Source: Octopus bimaculoides (Eukaryota). From it: a stretch of DNA of 64,000 bases. Location: positions 3,031,243-3,095,242 of the forward strand of contig NC_068993.1 in assembly GCF_001194135.2 (NCBI RefSeq), read 5' to 3'. Position 1 is the first letter of the stretch. Each line of letters begins with the position of its first letter. The notes below the pieces were generated by a model that was not told the origin of the DNA, did not search any database, and worked only from the letters and a program-made list of their open reading frames with translations. Of this stretch, positions 37,720 to 49,980 are shown one piece after another. The translations under genes were made by a program, and so were the position numbers.

Positions 37720-38399
37720 CAGGCACACACACAAATACATTTATATGTTGGGGTGTATATATATTCATATATGCATATTGATTCCGATACACACTCATGC
37801 ATTTTTAGTTATATAGACACACAATGACACATATACACTCATAGTATATATATGTGCCCACAAACCTGTGTGTGTGTGTACATGTGTGTGCACTAGATGC
37901 ACATGGGCACTTATTAGAGTTTCATCCCTTTGATGCAAATACTAATTAATTCACTTGCATTTAATAAGTTTCTAAACTTTTTCTGAGCGTTTTTTGAAGT
38001 TTCAACTTCGCATTTTAGTGTCAAAAATTAAATTCACGCCTCCAACAAAATGAATTTCAATAAACAAAAATAATTGGGTTCAAGAAATACGTTTTCAAAA
38101 CAAAATTAATTCAAACTCCAAATTTTAAACATTTTGATACCTTGTTGTTGTTATTATTTTTATTATAAGTAATAGTAGTAGTAGATGAAGAATATGGTGT
38201 CTAGCAAAATCAGAAGTGTAATGTTTCAAAGTGCCTTGTAGTTATGAGTGGTGTTCATTTCTGGTTTAGCTTATAGACCCTTTAGCATTAGACTAATTAT
38301 CCAGTTCGTTTAAATTGATTGCTCACTCCTCTTCAAGCATGGTAAGGCTAAGTTTTTTTTTTCTTTTCATTATTATTCTCTTTACTGTTGTGCAAATAC

Positions 38400-38755
38400 A
38401 TGGATTGGCTGTGTGGTTAAGGAGTTTGCTTCCAAACCACATGGTTTTAGGTTCAACCCCACTGCATGGAACCCTAGACAAATGTTCTCGATGGAGACTG
38501 ACACAGCCTGTTTTATGTGTGTAGGACTACCTTTGTCTTGTCACTGAATGACAGTTGTAAATGAGTTTCATTGTTATACAAGCAGTGTCAATCATTTCTA
38601 GTCTTCTATGAAAACATGTCTGGTCAAAGGGAAATATTACCTCTGCTTAGAAACAGGTGAGGGTTGCAGACAGGAAAGGCTTGGAAAATCTGCCTCCTTA
38701 AACTCGGACTAATGTTAGTATCGCAAAGTGGACAGTGAAATGATGGTGATTAAGA
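38400..38755 (+). mobile_element. SINE family A head with alternative tail
   Basis: TGGCTGTGTGGTTAAGGAGTTTGCTTCC.AACCACATGG..GGTTCAACCCCACTG; tail AAACAGGTGAGGGTTG..GACAGGAAAGGC. Confidence 0.75.
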
Positions 38756-39167
38756 TAAATTCATTGGAGCATTCGACAAAATCTCTTCTATGGCCTAGAT
38801 TCAAACTGACTCTCTCTTCCTTCTAAGTTTGATCAAATAAGCATCAACCAGTAAAAGAAGTCAGTGAGGAAGGGGCAGTAAATACAGAGCTGTCTTAAAA
38901 ATATCATAGGCCCTTCACGAAGCTATGCAGTGAGGGTCACTACATACACAACCAAAGCATATATAAATTCTCATTGTGCACCAATACCTGTGGGTCTAAT
39001 CAACCTGTGAGGCTCCAGAGCCTGTGGCGCCGGCAGACAGCTGCTCTGTGGGTTTCATGTCTTAAGGTGGTGCAGTATCATAAAACTGACTGCTTCAGTC
39101 TCAATTTTCTGACCTCACACCTATGTCAGAAATGATGATTCTTAATATTATCAGAAATGGAGTTACC

Positions 39168-39480
39168 AAAGGCAGTGAGTGGCCAGAATTGTTAGCATGT
39201 TTAGTGGCATTTCGTCTGTCTTTATGTTCTGAGTTCAAATTCTGCCGCGGTTGACTTTGCCTTTCATCCTTCCGGGGTCGATAAAATAAATACCCAGTAC
39301 ACAGTGGAGTGGTTAGCATTAGGAAGGGCATCCAGCGTTGTAGAAACTGTACCAGAACAGGCAATGGAACCTGGTTTGACTCCTGGCCTTGCCAGCACCT
39401 GCCAAACAGCTCAACTAATGTTGGCATGAAGAACAGACATTAAATGATGACGATGATGATGGTGGTGATGATGATGATGA
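39168..39480 (+). mobile_element. SINE family B head/body joined to an RTE-associated tail
   Basis: GGCAGTGAGTGGCCAGAAT..GAGTTCAAATT..GACTTTGCCTTTCATCCTT.CGGGGTCGATAAA then GGAGTGGTTAGCATTAGGAAGGGCATCCAGC...ATTAAATGATGACGATG. Confidence 0.7.
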
Positions 39481-39868
39481 CATATATATATATATATATA
39501 TGAATATGAATAAGATAGATAGATAGATAGATATGTACATACATGCATGCATACACTCATGCATACACATATATAAATAAACATACACTTATATGTATGC
39601 ATGTCTGTTTTGAGACACAGTATGAAAAGAACATGTATGTATAATGAATATACATTTCAATTGAACAGATATAATGTTTTCCAAGTGACTACTTTCCTCG
39701 TCAGTCTGTTTCAGTGCACGCTTGATTACTCAGTAAGATATACACATATATATTTACACACTGTAATTGTTTGTTACACTATTTGCTAACACTCAGATAT
39801 GGTTTGTCATAATTGTTACATAGTGATAAGATGCGTCGATGTACTTTCTTATACAGCAGTGTGTGAAG

Positions 39869-39909
<41 letters not shown>

Positions 39910-40125
39910 CATGAAGTCATTTCAATATATTCAATCGTACAATTGCTTTAGCAGCATGATAACAGTTAATAGTCTTTGATATTTCTAGATAAATGGATTT
40001 CATCTTAATATACACACAAACACACACACACACATGTGTGTATTTGCAGGTGCATATGCATGTATGGGTGTGTTTGTATACATACATGTATCACACACCT
40101 ATATATATATTGCTCTATAACAGTA

Positions 40126-40213
<88 letters not shown>

Positions 40214-40951
40214 GAGAGAGAGAAAGAAAACGAGTCCCATATACACACATATCCATACACACATGTACACACGCAGGCGCATGCACATGCACACACACAC
40301 ACACACGCACACACACACACACAAACACATACAATATATCACATTATACTTGATTGTACAAATGTTTGCATTGTTTGTCAAGATATTAAAAATCATTAAA
40401 AAGTGGGAAAAAAAAATGCTTATCTCTGCTGTAAACTGCAAACGAAACATTAATAAGCACATTTCATCTTGTTCTTTTCTCATTTGCACAATATTATTTG
40501 CAATTTCTATACGATTCCACAATGCTTTTACAAGAGTTCGCCATGTATGTAAAATATCAAAGCAAACCACACTATTATTATTTGCTTCCATATGGCTTAC
40601 CAAAACTATTTTCCCATTATGCAAATTGTAAATATTTATCGCATTTTCTCAAAAGCCCTGACTAAGATTGTAATAATGATTTTCGAAAACTATTTGGTAT
40701 CAGTAAAATGTTGCATAAAACTTGTAAATTTAACTATTGATAAGAATTTTTATAGTAGACAAGCCTTGCTTATTCTTCATTCATTCTGTAAATGGCAATT
40801 ACAACATTATCAAGTAAAGAATCCTAGCAATGAATTCCATGATTTAAAGTGGTTCTCCGATTTGTAAAATGTGTTGTTTATTGTGTCAAGTTGAAGATGT
40901 GAATAAAAGTTATGGATATAGTAGAACTAATAATAATAATAATAATAATAA

Positions 40952-41245
40952 ATTGAGAAAGAAAACAAACTATGCTGGATCATAGATATAGCATGCCCAG
41001 CTGACAACAAGGTATGCGATAAGGAAGAAAGAAAAGTCGATAGATATGACAGGTTAGCTTGGGAGGTTAAGCAGTTGTTGTCAATGAAAAAGGTGGTAGT
41101 AGTACCAGTAATAGTTGCAGCCCTGGGAACAGTGAGTAAAAATCTTGAGAAGTACATGGAACAAATGGGGGCTGCAATAAGGGTGGAGCACTTTGCAGAA
41201 AACAGCACTGCTTGGAACCACTCAAATACCCTGGAAGGTGCTTGA
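40952..41245 (+). mobile_element. RLE-type LINE (R4/Dong- or NeSL-like) 3' coding fragment, preceded by (TAA)n
   Basis: IEKENKLCWIIDIACPADNKVCDKEERKVDRYDRLAWEVKQL...VPVIVAALGTVSKNLEKYME...RVEH / LQKTALLGT.QI..KVL follows the RLE C-terminal consensus (IID.A.P.D / EK..KY..L / P.VIGALG / LQK.ALLGT..I.RKVL). Confidence 0.9.
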
Positions 41246-41492
41246 TGACGGATGCGATGTATGTGTTTGCCACCTCCGCCCAACCTTTCAGGGAGAGCTT
41301 CCTCTTTGCCTATTGCTGAGCAAGATTCACCACCCTACTCATAATCTCATTCCAGTTCTTCCTCGTTTGGAGGTCCGGACCAAACCAGACCTCAAGCAAC
41401 TCGACCAGACCATCGGTCCAATGTCCCATGATGGAGGTGCTGTTGGATGGCATGGGCTTGCTTCTCCAGGTTCCGAGTCTCAAGTCCACTGA
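41245..41492 (-). mobile_element. L1/Tx1-clade LINE ORF2 internal fragment
   Basis: LRLGTWRSKPMP...WTDGLVELLEVWFGPDLQTRKNWNEIMSRVVNLAQQ*AKRKLSLKGWAEVANTYIASVI fits the post-RT L1/Tx1 pattern (LGV.F...NW / W..R.LSL.GR..V). Confidence 0.75.
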
Positions 41493-42671
41493 TAGACAGA
41501 CAGACAGACAGACAGATAGATACATACATACATACATACATACATACACACATATTTATATATATAAATTCATATGTGTATGAGTATGCTTGAATGAGTG
41601 CCTACAAATGTCATGAGCTGTGAATGTTATTCCTGTTATTGTTTCATCTGTCAAAAACTCGTGCACTCGATTCACATCTGAAAGATGTGTAGAATAAGAA
41701 ATGTTTTAGTTGAGAAACAGTTGAAGGTTAATGACAGGCAGGGCATCAGGCTGTAAAAAATACCTCAACAATATTTGCATACAACCCATGGTGATATGGA
41801 AAAATGGATCTACAAATAAATGTTGTTTATGGTTATTTATTTATTTAATTTATATTTTTATTTATTTAATTTTCTTCGTTTTTAGTGGTGGTGGAAGCTG
41901 CCGGGATTAACAGTTTTAGAAACTCACATTATATTTTCAGACTTGAAACTACCTCCTGCTATCATATTGTAATTTATTCACTCTACACTGCTGATAGCTA
42001 CATTAAAATTCTAAATCGTTAGTTAAAATTCCAAAGTAATTAAAGAATAGCAATAAATTTTCTCTGTTAGAGTAAAATTGTGGATAGAAAGAGAAAGCAG
42101 GATCTTAAATGGCAATGAATTATTATATCATTGGGTCATTTCTTTAAAATTCCTAACAAATTATTCTTTATCTTCCCATTACCAACTTCTGACAAAATCC
42201 AAACATTTAGTTTTGAATCTCTTTAAAAAAATTGCTACGTTTCCATTTTGCTTAAACAGGATTTATTCAATGAAATATTGTGGACGTTTTAAAAATAAAT
42301 ATAAACCTAAGTGGTATATTATTGTCATTTAATCAACAATTAATATATGCAGATTTTTCTTTCATTTTCGTTTTTTTTCAAAGACTGTAATAGATCTTAG
42401 CATAATTTCCTATAAAGCAAAATGTTGTCATTTGGTTGAAGTGGTTCTAATTTTGTATACAATTCATTCTTTAAAATATTCTAACTGAAAAAGTCATTAT
42501 TTTTGTACCAAAGTGAAGTTGAATGAAGGTTAAAGGAGGCTGTTTGGAAACAGCTATTAGAATTTATAATGAGGAATATGAAATGCATAAATTTCTTGTG
42601 ACATTTGTTTATAATCAGTACAAGCTGCACAAGAAAGAGACTAAAATACACAAACACAAACGATCGTCCAT

Positions 42672-42705
<34 letters not shown>

Positions 42706-42711
42706 TCTTTC

Positions 42712-43190
42712 GATCTTTTCACTTGTTACAGTTATTAGACTGAGGCCATGCTGGGGCTCTGCCTTGAAGAATTTCTTTTGGCAAATGGATTGACCCAGTA
42801 CTTACTTTGTTTTTAATCCTGGCACTTATTCTGTCAGTCTCTTTTGCTGAACTGCTAGGTTATAGGGATGTAAACACACCAACACCAGTTAACAAGCAGT
42901 GGTGGGGACCAACACTGAGACAAAGATGCACAAGCACAGACAAACAGAATTAGTACTCAATTTAAAAAACAGATAGCTGCTGGAGTCACTTTGTATGATC
43001 AGACTCTTTCAAGGCACTGCCCCAACATGACCACAGTCTAATAACTGAAACAAATAAAAAATAAAAGATGAAAGATATTAGTGCTGGACTTGAACCCTCT
43101 TCTTCCCGATACTGCTTGAAGTAACTGAGACCAAATGCACTGAGCTGCAAAGCAAGATGCTTCACCACACAGTTGTACCCTATTGTAAAA
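42712..43190. mobile_element. Cluster of SINE family A pieces: minus tail (42712-42930), plus tail (42985-43075), minus head (43080-43190)
   Basis: GGCCATGCTGGGG..GCCTTGAAG vs TTTCAAGGCACTGCCCCAACATGACC; head reverse complement TGCAAAGCAAGATGCTTCACCACACAG. Confidence 0.65.
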
Positions 43191-44277
43191 TTTAATCTAA
43201 ATACTTGCAGTGGGGAATCGAAACCAAATCTCTGGATATGCATCAGATATCATTGCACAAGCCACAACAGTTTCATGTGATTGGTCTGTTAAGTAACCAA
43301 TCAACATCAAGCCATTGCATGATTCAGTTTTCTAGAATCTCCTCTTTAGAAACTTGCTTTTGGCACCAAGTTTTTGCAGAGTGTTGAGACCGGCCAACTT
43401 AATCACACATCTCACCTCTTGCCAGGCAGTGTGTTGAAGGTGATTGAGCAAAATCCATCTCGACTCCTGCCAAGGACATTTCTGCAGACATCTCCAGGTT
43501 CTTGGACGTACCACAATAAACAATTACACAATAATTCATAAGTAACTTCTCTTGACAGGGTGCGGGTTTTGCATCTCTCCCCAATGTGCAATTATTGCTG
43601 TTAATATTTGCAAAGGACCAACACTATTTTAAAAATTTCTATGCACAATAATAAAATCGTCTATTAAATGTTCATGGGGGTAATTAATTACTTCCTCATA
43701 CAACCTGAGAAATACATTTTCATTCATTAACTCAACAGCTGCACATGTAGCATTTGACAAAATGTCCAACACACTCATGACACACTTCAAGAACATTTAG
43801 AAGGTAGAACACTCCCAGAAGGTATTTTCCCGCATCGATATTGTTGATAAGTCATTCTCACATTGCAGCATAAATGGCAAGGTTGGCTGTATTAACATTT
43901 ATTTCAGAAAGCTGACCGCGTATCAATATGATTAACTTTTATAAAGCCCTCTATGATATTATTATAGCTAATGTACATGTTTATGCATGCGTGAGAATGT
44001 TTATTGCTGCTCAAAGTTTGAAGATAAATCAATATATAATATCAACATTGATTTATCTGGTGAGGAATGTCTTTCCAAATAACAGCTTAGAACAATCCAA
44101 GATAGGGATGAGATTTGGAAGCACCGTATTGTTATTAGTGCTAATGGAGAAATCATAGGTTCACATCTTTAGAAATTTGAAGTAGATATTATATGCGTAG
44201 TGTTTTCAATACTTCTCCGTAATTGCATGTATGTGTATGTGTGTATATATATATATATATATCTATATATTCGTTTA

Positions 44278-44484
44278 TGTGTTTTGATTGTGGTCATGCT
44301 GGAGCACTGCCTTTAGTTGAGCAAATTGACCCTAAGACTTATTCTCTGTAAGCCTACTACTTACTCTATCAGTCTTTTTTGCTGAATCACAAAGTTACGG
44401 GGATGTAAACACACTAGCATCGGTTGTCGAGCAATGTTGGGTGGGGGGGGGTATAGACAAACACAGACTCACAAACATACACAT

Positions 44485-44537
<53 letters not shown>

Positions 44538-44700
44538 AGACAGGCTTCTTTCAGTTTCCGTCTACCAAATCCACTCACAAGGCTTTGGTCAGCCCGAGGC
44601 TATAGTAGAAGATACTTGCCCAAGGTGCCACATGGTGGGACTGAACCTGGAACCACATGGTTGGGAAGCAAGCTCCTTACCACACAGCCACTCCTGCACC
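44278..44700 (-). mobile_element. SINE family A, full length and well conserved
   Basis: Reverse complement begins GGTGCAGGAGTGGCTGTGTGGTAAGGAGCTTGCTTCCCAACC..GGTTCAGTCCCACC..ACCTTGGGCAAGT; tail contains CATGCTGGAGCACTGCCTTTAG. Confidence 0.9.
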
Positions 44701-44889
44701 TATATATATATGTGTGAGTGTGTGTGTATGTATGTATGTATGTGTATGTATGCATACATGCATGCACACATGCAGACACATGCACACACGGATACATAGC
44801 TCAGTTGGTTAGTGTGTCATGTGGATAACGCAAATGATGTGATTTTATGAGCCACACTAGCCAGAGGCTTTGTTTATTTTAGGCAAAGT

Positions 44890-45048
44890 CTCTGTGGCTC
44901 TGTGGTTAAGAAGCTGGTTTTGCAACCACTGTGGGTTTGGGTTCAGTCACATGACAAATTGATTCTTGCAAGCATCTTCTGCTATGGTTATAGGCAGATC
45001 AATACAATGTGAGTGAATTTGATAACCGGAAGCAGTGTAGAAGCACAT

Positions 45049-45081
<33 letters not shown>

Positions 45082-45275
45082 ATCTTTCACCATTAATACT
45101 TGAAAACTAGTTTTGGTTTTTTTCACATCCCTGTAACTTAACAGTTTGGTAAATGAGACTGATAGAATAATAAGTACCAGCTTTATAAAAGGAAAATAAA
45201 CTTTGGGGATGATTTGTTTAACTAAAACATCTGAAGGCAGTGCCCCAGCATGGTCGCACCCCAATAACTTAAACA
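44890..45275 (+). mobile_element. SINE family A, full length, more diverged
   Basis: TGGCTCTGTGGTTAAGAAGCT..GGTTCAGTC..TCTTCTGCTAT..CCCTGTAACTTA..GAAGGCAGTGCCCCAGCATGG. Confidence 0.8.
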
Positions 45276-46924
45276 CGTTACACTGCCTTTACTTGTTCCA
45301 AATGTTTTGGACTATAAAAGGTTGATACACAACGCACAATACTTGGAATACTTCCGAGATCCATTTTGAAATAAACAAATTGCTATAACCACATTGAATG
45401 ACAACCATAAATGATTTCCATTTTTGTCAGTTGCTAATTAATTAACTTGCCATTCTAGTTTTCTTTTTAAATATATTAAACTCATCAATACAAATATTTG
45501 AGCATCGTTATCATTTTGCTCATAAATGGACTCTGTTGAAGGAATCTGATTATTGTTGATATATTATTAACCCTCTTCATTAAATCAAATCAGAATGGTA
45601 AACAGAACCATTTAGAAACATTTTATTGTTACTACTTTGACCTTATCCTGTTTAATAAACATTAAAAATGAAATAGCAAATTTTAATTAATATAGTGATA
45701 TTTTCAATGTTAGGTTACCAAAACAAATTTACTTTATGTTATGGTTAGAAGATCTGAAGTGAATATTTAAGTTCTGAATCTTGAATGCTTATATTGGTGA
45801 ATTCTTGTAATGTTGTAGCTTTTAATTCTTAAGTTTAGTTTGAAATGAAACCAAGAACTTGGGGCAAAATATGCAGCTGCTCACATCTACCAGAAGGTAA
45901 TTTTTGGTTCAAGAAATTGCCAAAATGTTGATGGTGTCCATATATGAGAGAGTTGATTGGTAAAAGAGATTGTAGGTATTGGATAAATTGGTGGTGGTGG
46001 TGGTGATAGGTTCGCAATTACAAGACATTCTTAAATACAAATCATTCCACTTTGAATTGCTGGTTGATGGTTGAAGCATGTTACACATTGCTAGATCTTT
46101 GAGAAATAGGAAGATTTTTTAAGGATGGAATGAATGAATGTGAGCAAAAGAATGGGAACATAATTCGCCTTATCTATGAAGTGGTCACCTGGAGCTAACC
46201 TTGTAAATGTGTCAAGTATATTGACTTGCAGGTGAATATCAGACTTCAAAGAAAATAAGAAATACTGGAACAGATTTTGGTTACCTGCCATTGGTCCTTA
46301 ACATATACATTTGGAGCCATAAAGATAATTACTATTCCATACAATAGCTGGGTTTTCTTTAGGCAAAGATGAAGTGCATCAAGATATATTTTAGTACCTT
46401 TGCTAATGAGACAAATGCAGAGCAGATTTTCCTGATATGCAAACCCCTCAAAACCAGTGCAAATGACTTACAGCATTTCTCAGTTTAGAAAATTCTACAT
46501 GAGAATTAAGTCTTAATTTGCAAGACTTAGATTTCATCTGCTAATCAAAATTGCTTCTTTGATACAAAGTCTTTTAAAATTCGGTTCATGAATTCATACA
46601 AATACTTTATAAACAAAGATATTGTGAATTTCGGTTTTTATCATTGTTTGAGGATCTTGATATGTTCACACACACTCAAATTCCTTTATCTTGAAATTAA
46701 CTGGCATTGAAAATTTAAGACTTATTCTGTTCATAAATAAGACATTCCAGGAGAGGAAAAGCGTTCAATTAATTATGTTGCTATTCATTTGTCATAAACA
46801 TATTTTAATAGTTTTGTTTTTCATTTTACTTACCAAATTTTTTTTAAAAGTCAAATCAAATTTTTATACAAGAAACATTTTAGAAAATTACTATTTTTAA
46901 ATCTCACAACGAGAGATATTCAGC

Positions 46925-47145
46925 AACAGTACTTTATATATAAGGAGACAGACTGTGTCATATAGCCAGCTGCAGAGGATGTCTCCTGGGGATAAATTAC
47001 AGCAACATTCGCCCTAAACCAGGATTGCCATGTTATGTTGGCAAGCAATCTTTACTCCAAGAAATATTTTATTATGTACAGATTTTACCTTAACCTTATA
47101 TCATCAAAGAAAACAGAAACAACTAGTTTAAATTGATAAAGTAAC
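46925..47145 (+). repeat. Interspersed repeat, family D
   Basis: Aligns over ~220 bp with the reverse complement of 56562-56790 (CCTAAACCAGGA.TGCCATGTTATGTTGGCAA..AATCTTTACTCCAAGAAATA...CAAAGAAAACAGAAACAACTAGTTTAAATTGATAA). Confidence 0.85.
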
Positions 47146-47149
47146 ATTT

Positions 47150-47260
47150 TCCATGTTAGATTACCAAAATTAACTTAGTAACATTTTTAGTGTTGACTTA
47201 CCAAAATTAATACAGAGGCATTTTCAATGTTAATTTATCAAAACCTATCACGAATTTGAT
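47150..47260. repeat. Three degenerate ~38-bp tandem units
   Basis: TTTT.(C/A).TGTT...TTA(C/T)CAAAA repeated three times; a similar motif occurs at ~45697-45725. Confidence 0.55.
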
Positions 47261-47639
47261 AAAAATTGCATCAGAATTTTGGTACAGTGCATTTCTGGAA
47301 GGGGCTATTTTATAACTCACAACATTTTGTAACTCCTATCTTATGAAACAACCCTGTCTTGTAACTGTATTTCATATCTTTGTTTACATAAACTATTACT
47401 TAAAATCTTTTTTTTTAATTTTTTTACTGCAAATAGTAACGAACAGCCGAGTGGAGACACAGGATATCATTATACTTCTGGAACTGCAAAATATATGTAA
47501 TGTTAAGGAAGGGAATAACTGTTGATAGTAAGAACATGTAAGCTAACAGAATGTTTAGATTTTCTTGGGAATGGTGATGGTGCAATAATGGACTGAAGTT
47601 GGAGCTATGGGAATCACTAGTATTATTGTAGTGGAAAAC

Positions 47640-48290
47640 AAACAGCGACAGCCAGCATCCATTGAATGTGAAATAACTAGAGAAAAGAACAAGTCCTCTA
47701 ATGATATTGGTGAATGGTCAAACAATGTTGATGTTTGTAATTGTGAATATGGAAGAGTAAAGGAAAGTGATGAATGCCAACATTCTAATCGTGACTTCTC
47801 TTCATCCATGCAATTGCACAGCTTTCAACAATAAAAAGCAAGTGCAGCAGTGTCAGAAGTTTTATTTCACACATGCTCATGCAAGAAATTGGTTATGCTG
47901 TTCAGAAAGCAGAGGAAGCCCATTCTGGTTCCTATGCAACGTTATGACTTCAGGATGTTCATCAAAGATTAGCAGAGAACTGTTTAATGATTGGGAAAAT
48001 ACAAGAAATCTATTTGGTCAACATGAAGGAAATACCTCACATGAACAAGCTTTAATTTCAATGTTGATGCATAAAAACAATGGTAAATGTGTTGGTTCCT
48101 AGTTTGTGAAAGAAATGGAGACCCAACAAAAGTATTTGTGCACACATGTGGAATAAACAAGTGAAGATATAAAGAGGTTTTATCAAATGTGGCCTTTCAT
48201 TTTATGGTAGGGATGAAACTGTTGGCTTTCCTCATAATTGAAATTAGCTGGAGTCCTTAGAATTACTGGCTAAGTTTGACCCCATCTTTT
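47640..48290 (+). mobile_element. hAT transposase N-terminal remnant (TTF-type zinc finger and DUF4371-like region)
   Basis: DIGEW...; RNWLCCSESRGSPFWFLCNV...FNDWENTRNLFGQHEGNTSHEQAL; FVKEMETQQKY; CGLSFYGRDETVGFPHN*N*LESLELLAKFDP (cf. RGL.FRG..E..G...NGN.LG.LELLA.FDP); frameshifted. Confidence 0.85.
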
Positions 48291-48624
48291 TTTTTTTTTT
48301 TTGATAGAATTAATAAATATTCCTGAAAACAAATGAAAAGTTATTCCGATTTGAAGTTTGAGTATTCAACAGTCTGACGGGATTATACTAATTATGAAGG
48401 AAAGAAATATTAATTTTATTTTCACTTTTGTTGTATTATTAGCATCATCAACATCATTGTCATCATCAATGTTATCATCAGTGGCTGGGTTGATGGTGGT
48501 AGTGGCAGTGGTATCAATGTCATCATCATCAATATCTTCATCCTCCTCCTCATTGTCATCTCCCCTCCTCCTCATTATCATCACCATCATCATTGTCGTT
48601 GTCGTCATTGTCATTATCATCATC

Positions 48625-48780
48625 ATCATCACTACTTTCCATGTCTGCATTCATCAGGCAAATTTGTTGAAGCAGACTTTCTACAACTGGATGCTCTTCC
48701 TGTCATCCACTCTCACCTATTTCAAAGTAAAATATTTCCTCTTGCCTTTCAAATGCAATCAGCACTGATGATGATGATGA
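48625..48780 (-). mobile_element. SINE/retroelement tail fragment
   Basis: TTTCTACAACTGGATGCTCTTCCTGTC..CACTCTCACCT.TTTC..AGTAAAATATT, reverse complement of the tail type in 38400-38755. Confidence 0.55.
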
Positions 48781-49387
48781 AATATATTAACATATCATTT
48801 CAAGCCAACAAAAACGGTTTTAATCACAGAGAGAGCTTTGTTTACATTTAGTCCATAATGTCAAGACAAGTGACAGGTTCCTTCTGGCCCTGTCAAGAAC
48901 GCCTATTAGAATGAGTGCTGTGGTTTGGATTCCTTCATCAGTTGTCATTTACCCATGAAAAGAATGGTAAAAGTCAACAAATCTTGTCAAATTATATTCA
49001 GAAGATCTGAGGGAAAATTTTGGTGACAAATTGGTATAGTTTACAGAACTGTTTAAAACTAGCAGCAAATCAGACAGTTTAAAGTTACAGTTCCATCATT
49101 TGATATCCAGCAACTTTATTGCAGTCTTGTTTACCAAAAGTGGAAAAATGTGACACACATCAATTTGTCACTTGAGGTACAAACATTTGAAATTAAGAAA
49201 AGAAAAAAAAAAACAGAAAGAAGAATTAAAGATGAATTAATGAGGACCAAGTATTAACACCTTCATCACTCTCACTGTGATGAACAAGGAACATGAAGTG
49301 CCACATGAATTAAACATTTCATGCATCAACAACAAATTTGATCATGCTACATTAACAAAATGCTACGTTCTTTATTATGCAGCTTTG

Positions 49388-49545
49388 GAGGCAGAGTGTC
49401 TTGTGGTTATGGCATTGGGTTAACAATCAAAAGGTGATGGGTTTGATTCCTTGACAGGACATACATTGTGTTCTTGTACAAAGCTCTTCATTTCACATTG
49501 CTCCATTTAACTCGACTGAAAATATGTAGCAGCTGGTTGCTGAGG
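49388..49545 (+). mobile_element. Degenerate tRNA-derived SINE (further family)
   Basis: GGAGGCAGAGTG.CTTGTGGTTA..GGGTTTGATTCC..TGTGTTCTTG.ACAAAGC.CTTCATTTCACATTGCTCCA, A/B-box-like spacing. Confidence 0.5.
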
Positions 49546-49767
49546 CAGCCCTTTCTCTTCTTCCAGTTCTCACATCTTCAATGTTTTACGGGGCCAAGGG
49601 TGGAGTGGTCAAGATGACGTCAGTATATACTTGTCACTTCATAAGCAGATAAAACAATGAGTAAAAGCATTGTACAAATTATCAGGTCATTCGCAATGGT
49701 GAGTGACCACTAAGCAAGCTAATCCCACTTTTTCAAATGACTGTATTTTGTTATTTATGCTTATTTT

Positions 49768-49980
49768 AAGGCAGGGAGCTGGCAGAATGGTTAGTACACT
49801 CAACAAAGTGCTTAGCAGCATTTTGTCTGTCTTTAGGTTTCAAGTTCAAATCCCACTGAGACCGAATTTGCATTCATCCTTTTGGAGTCAATAAAATTAA
49901 TACAAGTCAAGTACTGGGGTCGATTTAATCAACTTATCTTCTCCTCCAAAATCACTGCCCTTGTGCCAAAATTTGGAATC
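49768..49980 (+). mobile_element. SINE family B, near full length
   Basis: GGCAGGGAGCTGGCAGAATGGTTAG..AAGTTCAAATCCC..TTCATCCTTTTGGAGTCAATAAA..TACTGGGGTCGAT..CCTTGTGCCAAAATTTGGAA. Confidence 0.8.

Noticed and set aside
38900-39130. GC-richer patch with a 79-codon Met-less frame
   Set aside because: No splice-consistent open exon on either strand and no recognisable motif.
46472-46540. 69-bp open segment on the minus strand between TAG| and |GTAAGT (QMKSKSCKLRLNSHVEFSKLRNA)
   Set aside because: Poor polypyrimidine tract, no homology and no partner exons; expected by chance.
48915-48950. Minus-strand GACAACTGATGAAGGAATCCAAAC, hammerhead-like
   Set aside because: G12 is missing, stem II is only 2 bp and there is no stem I partner; at most a decayed relic.
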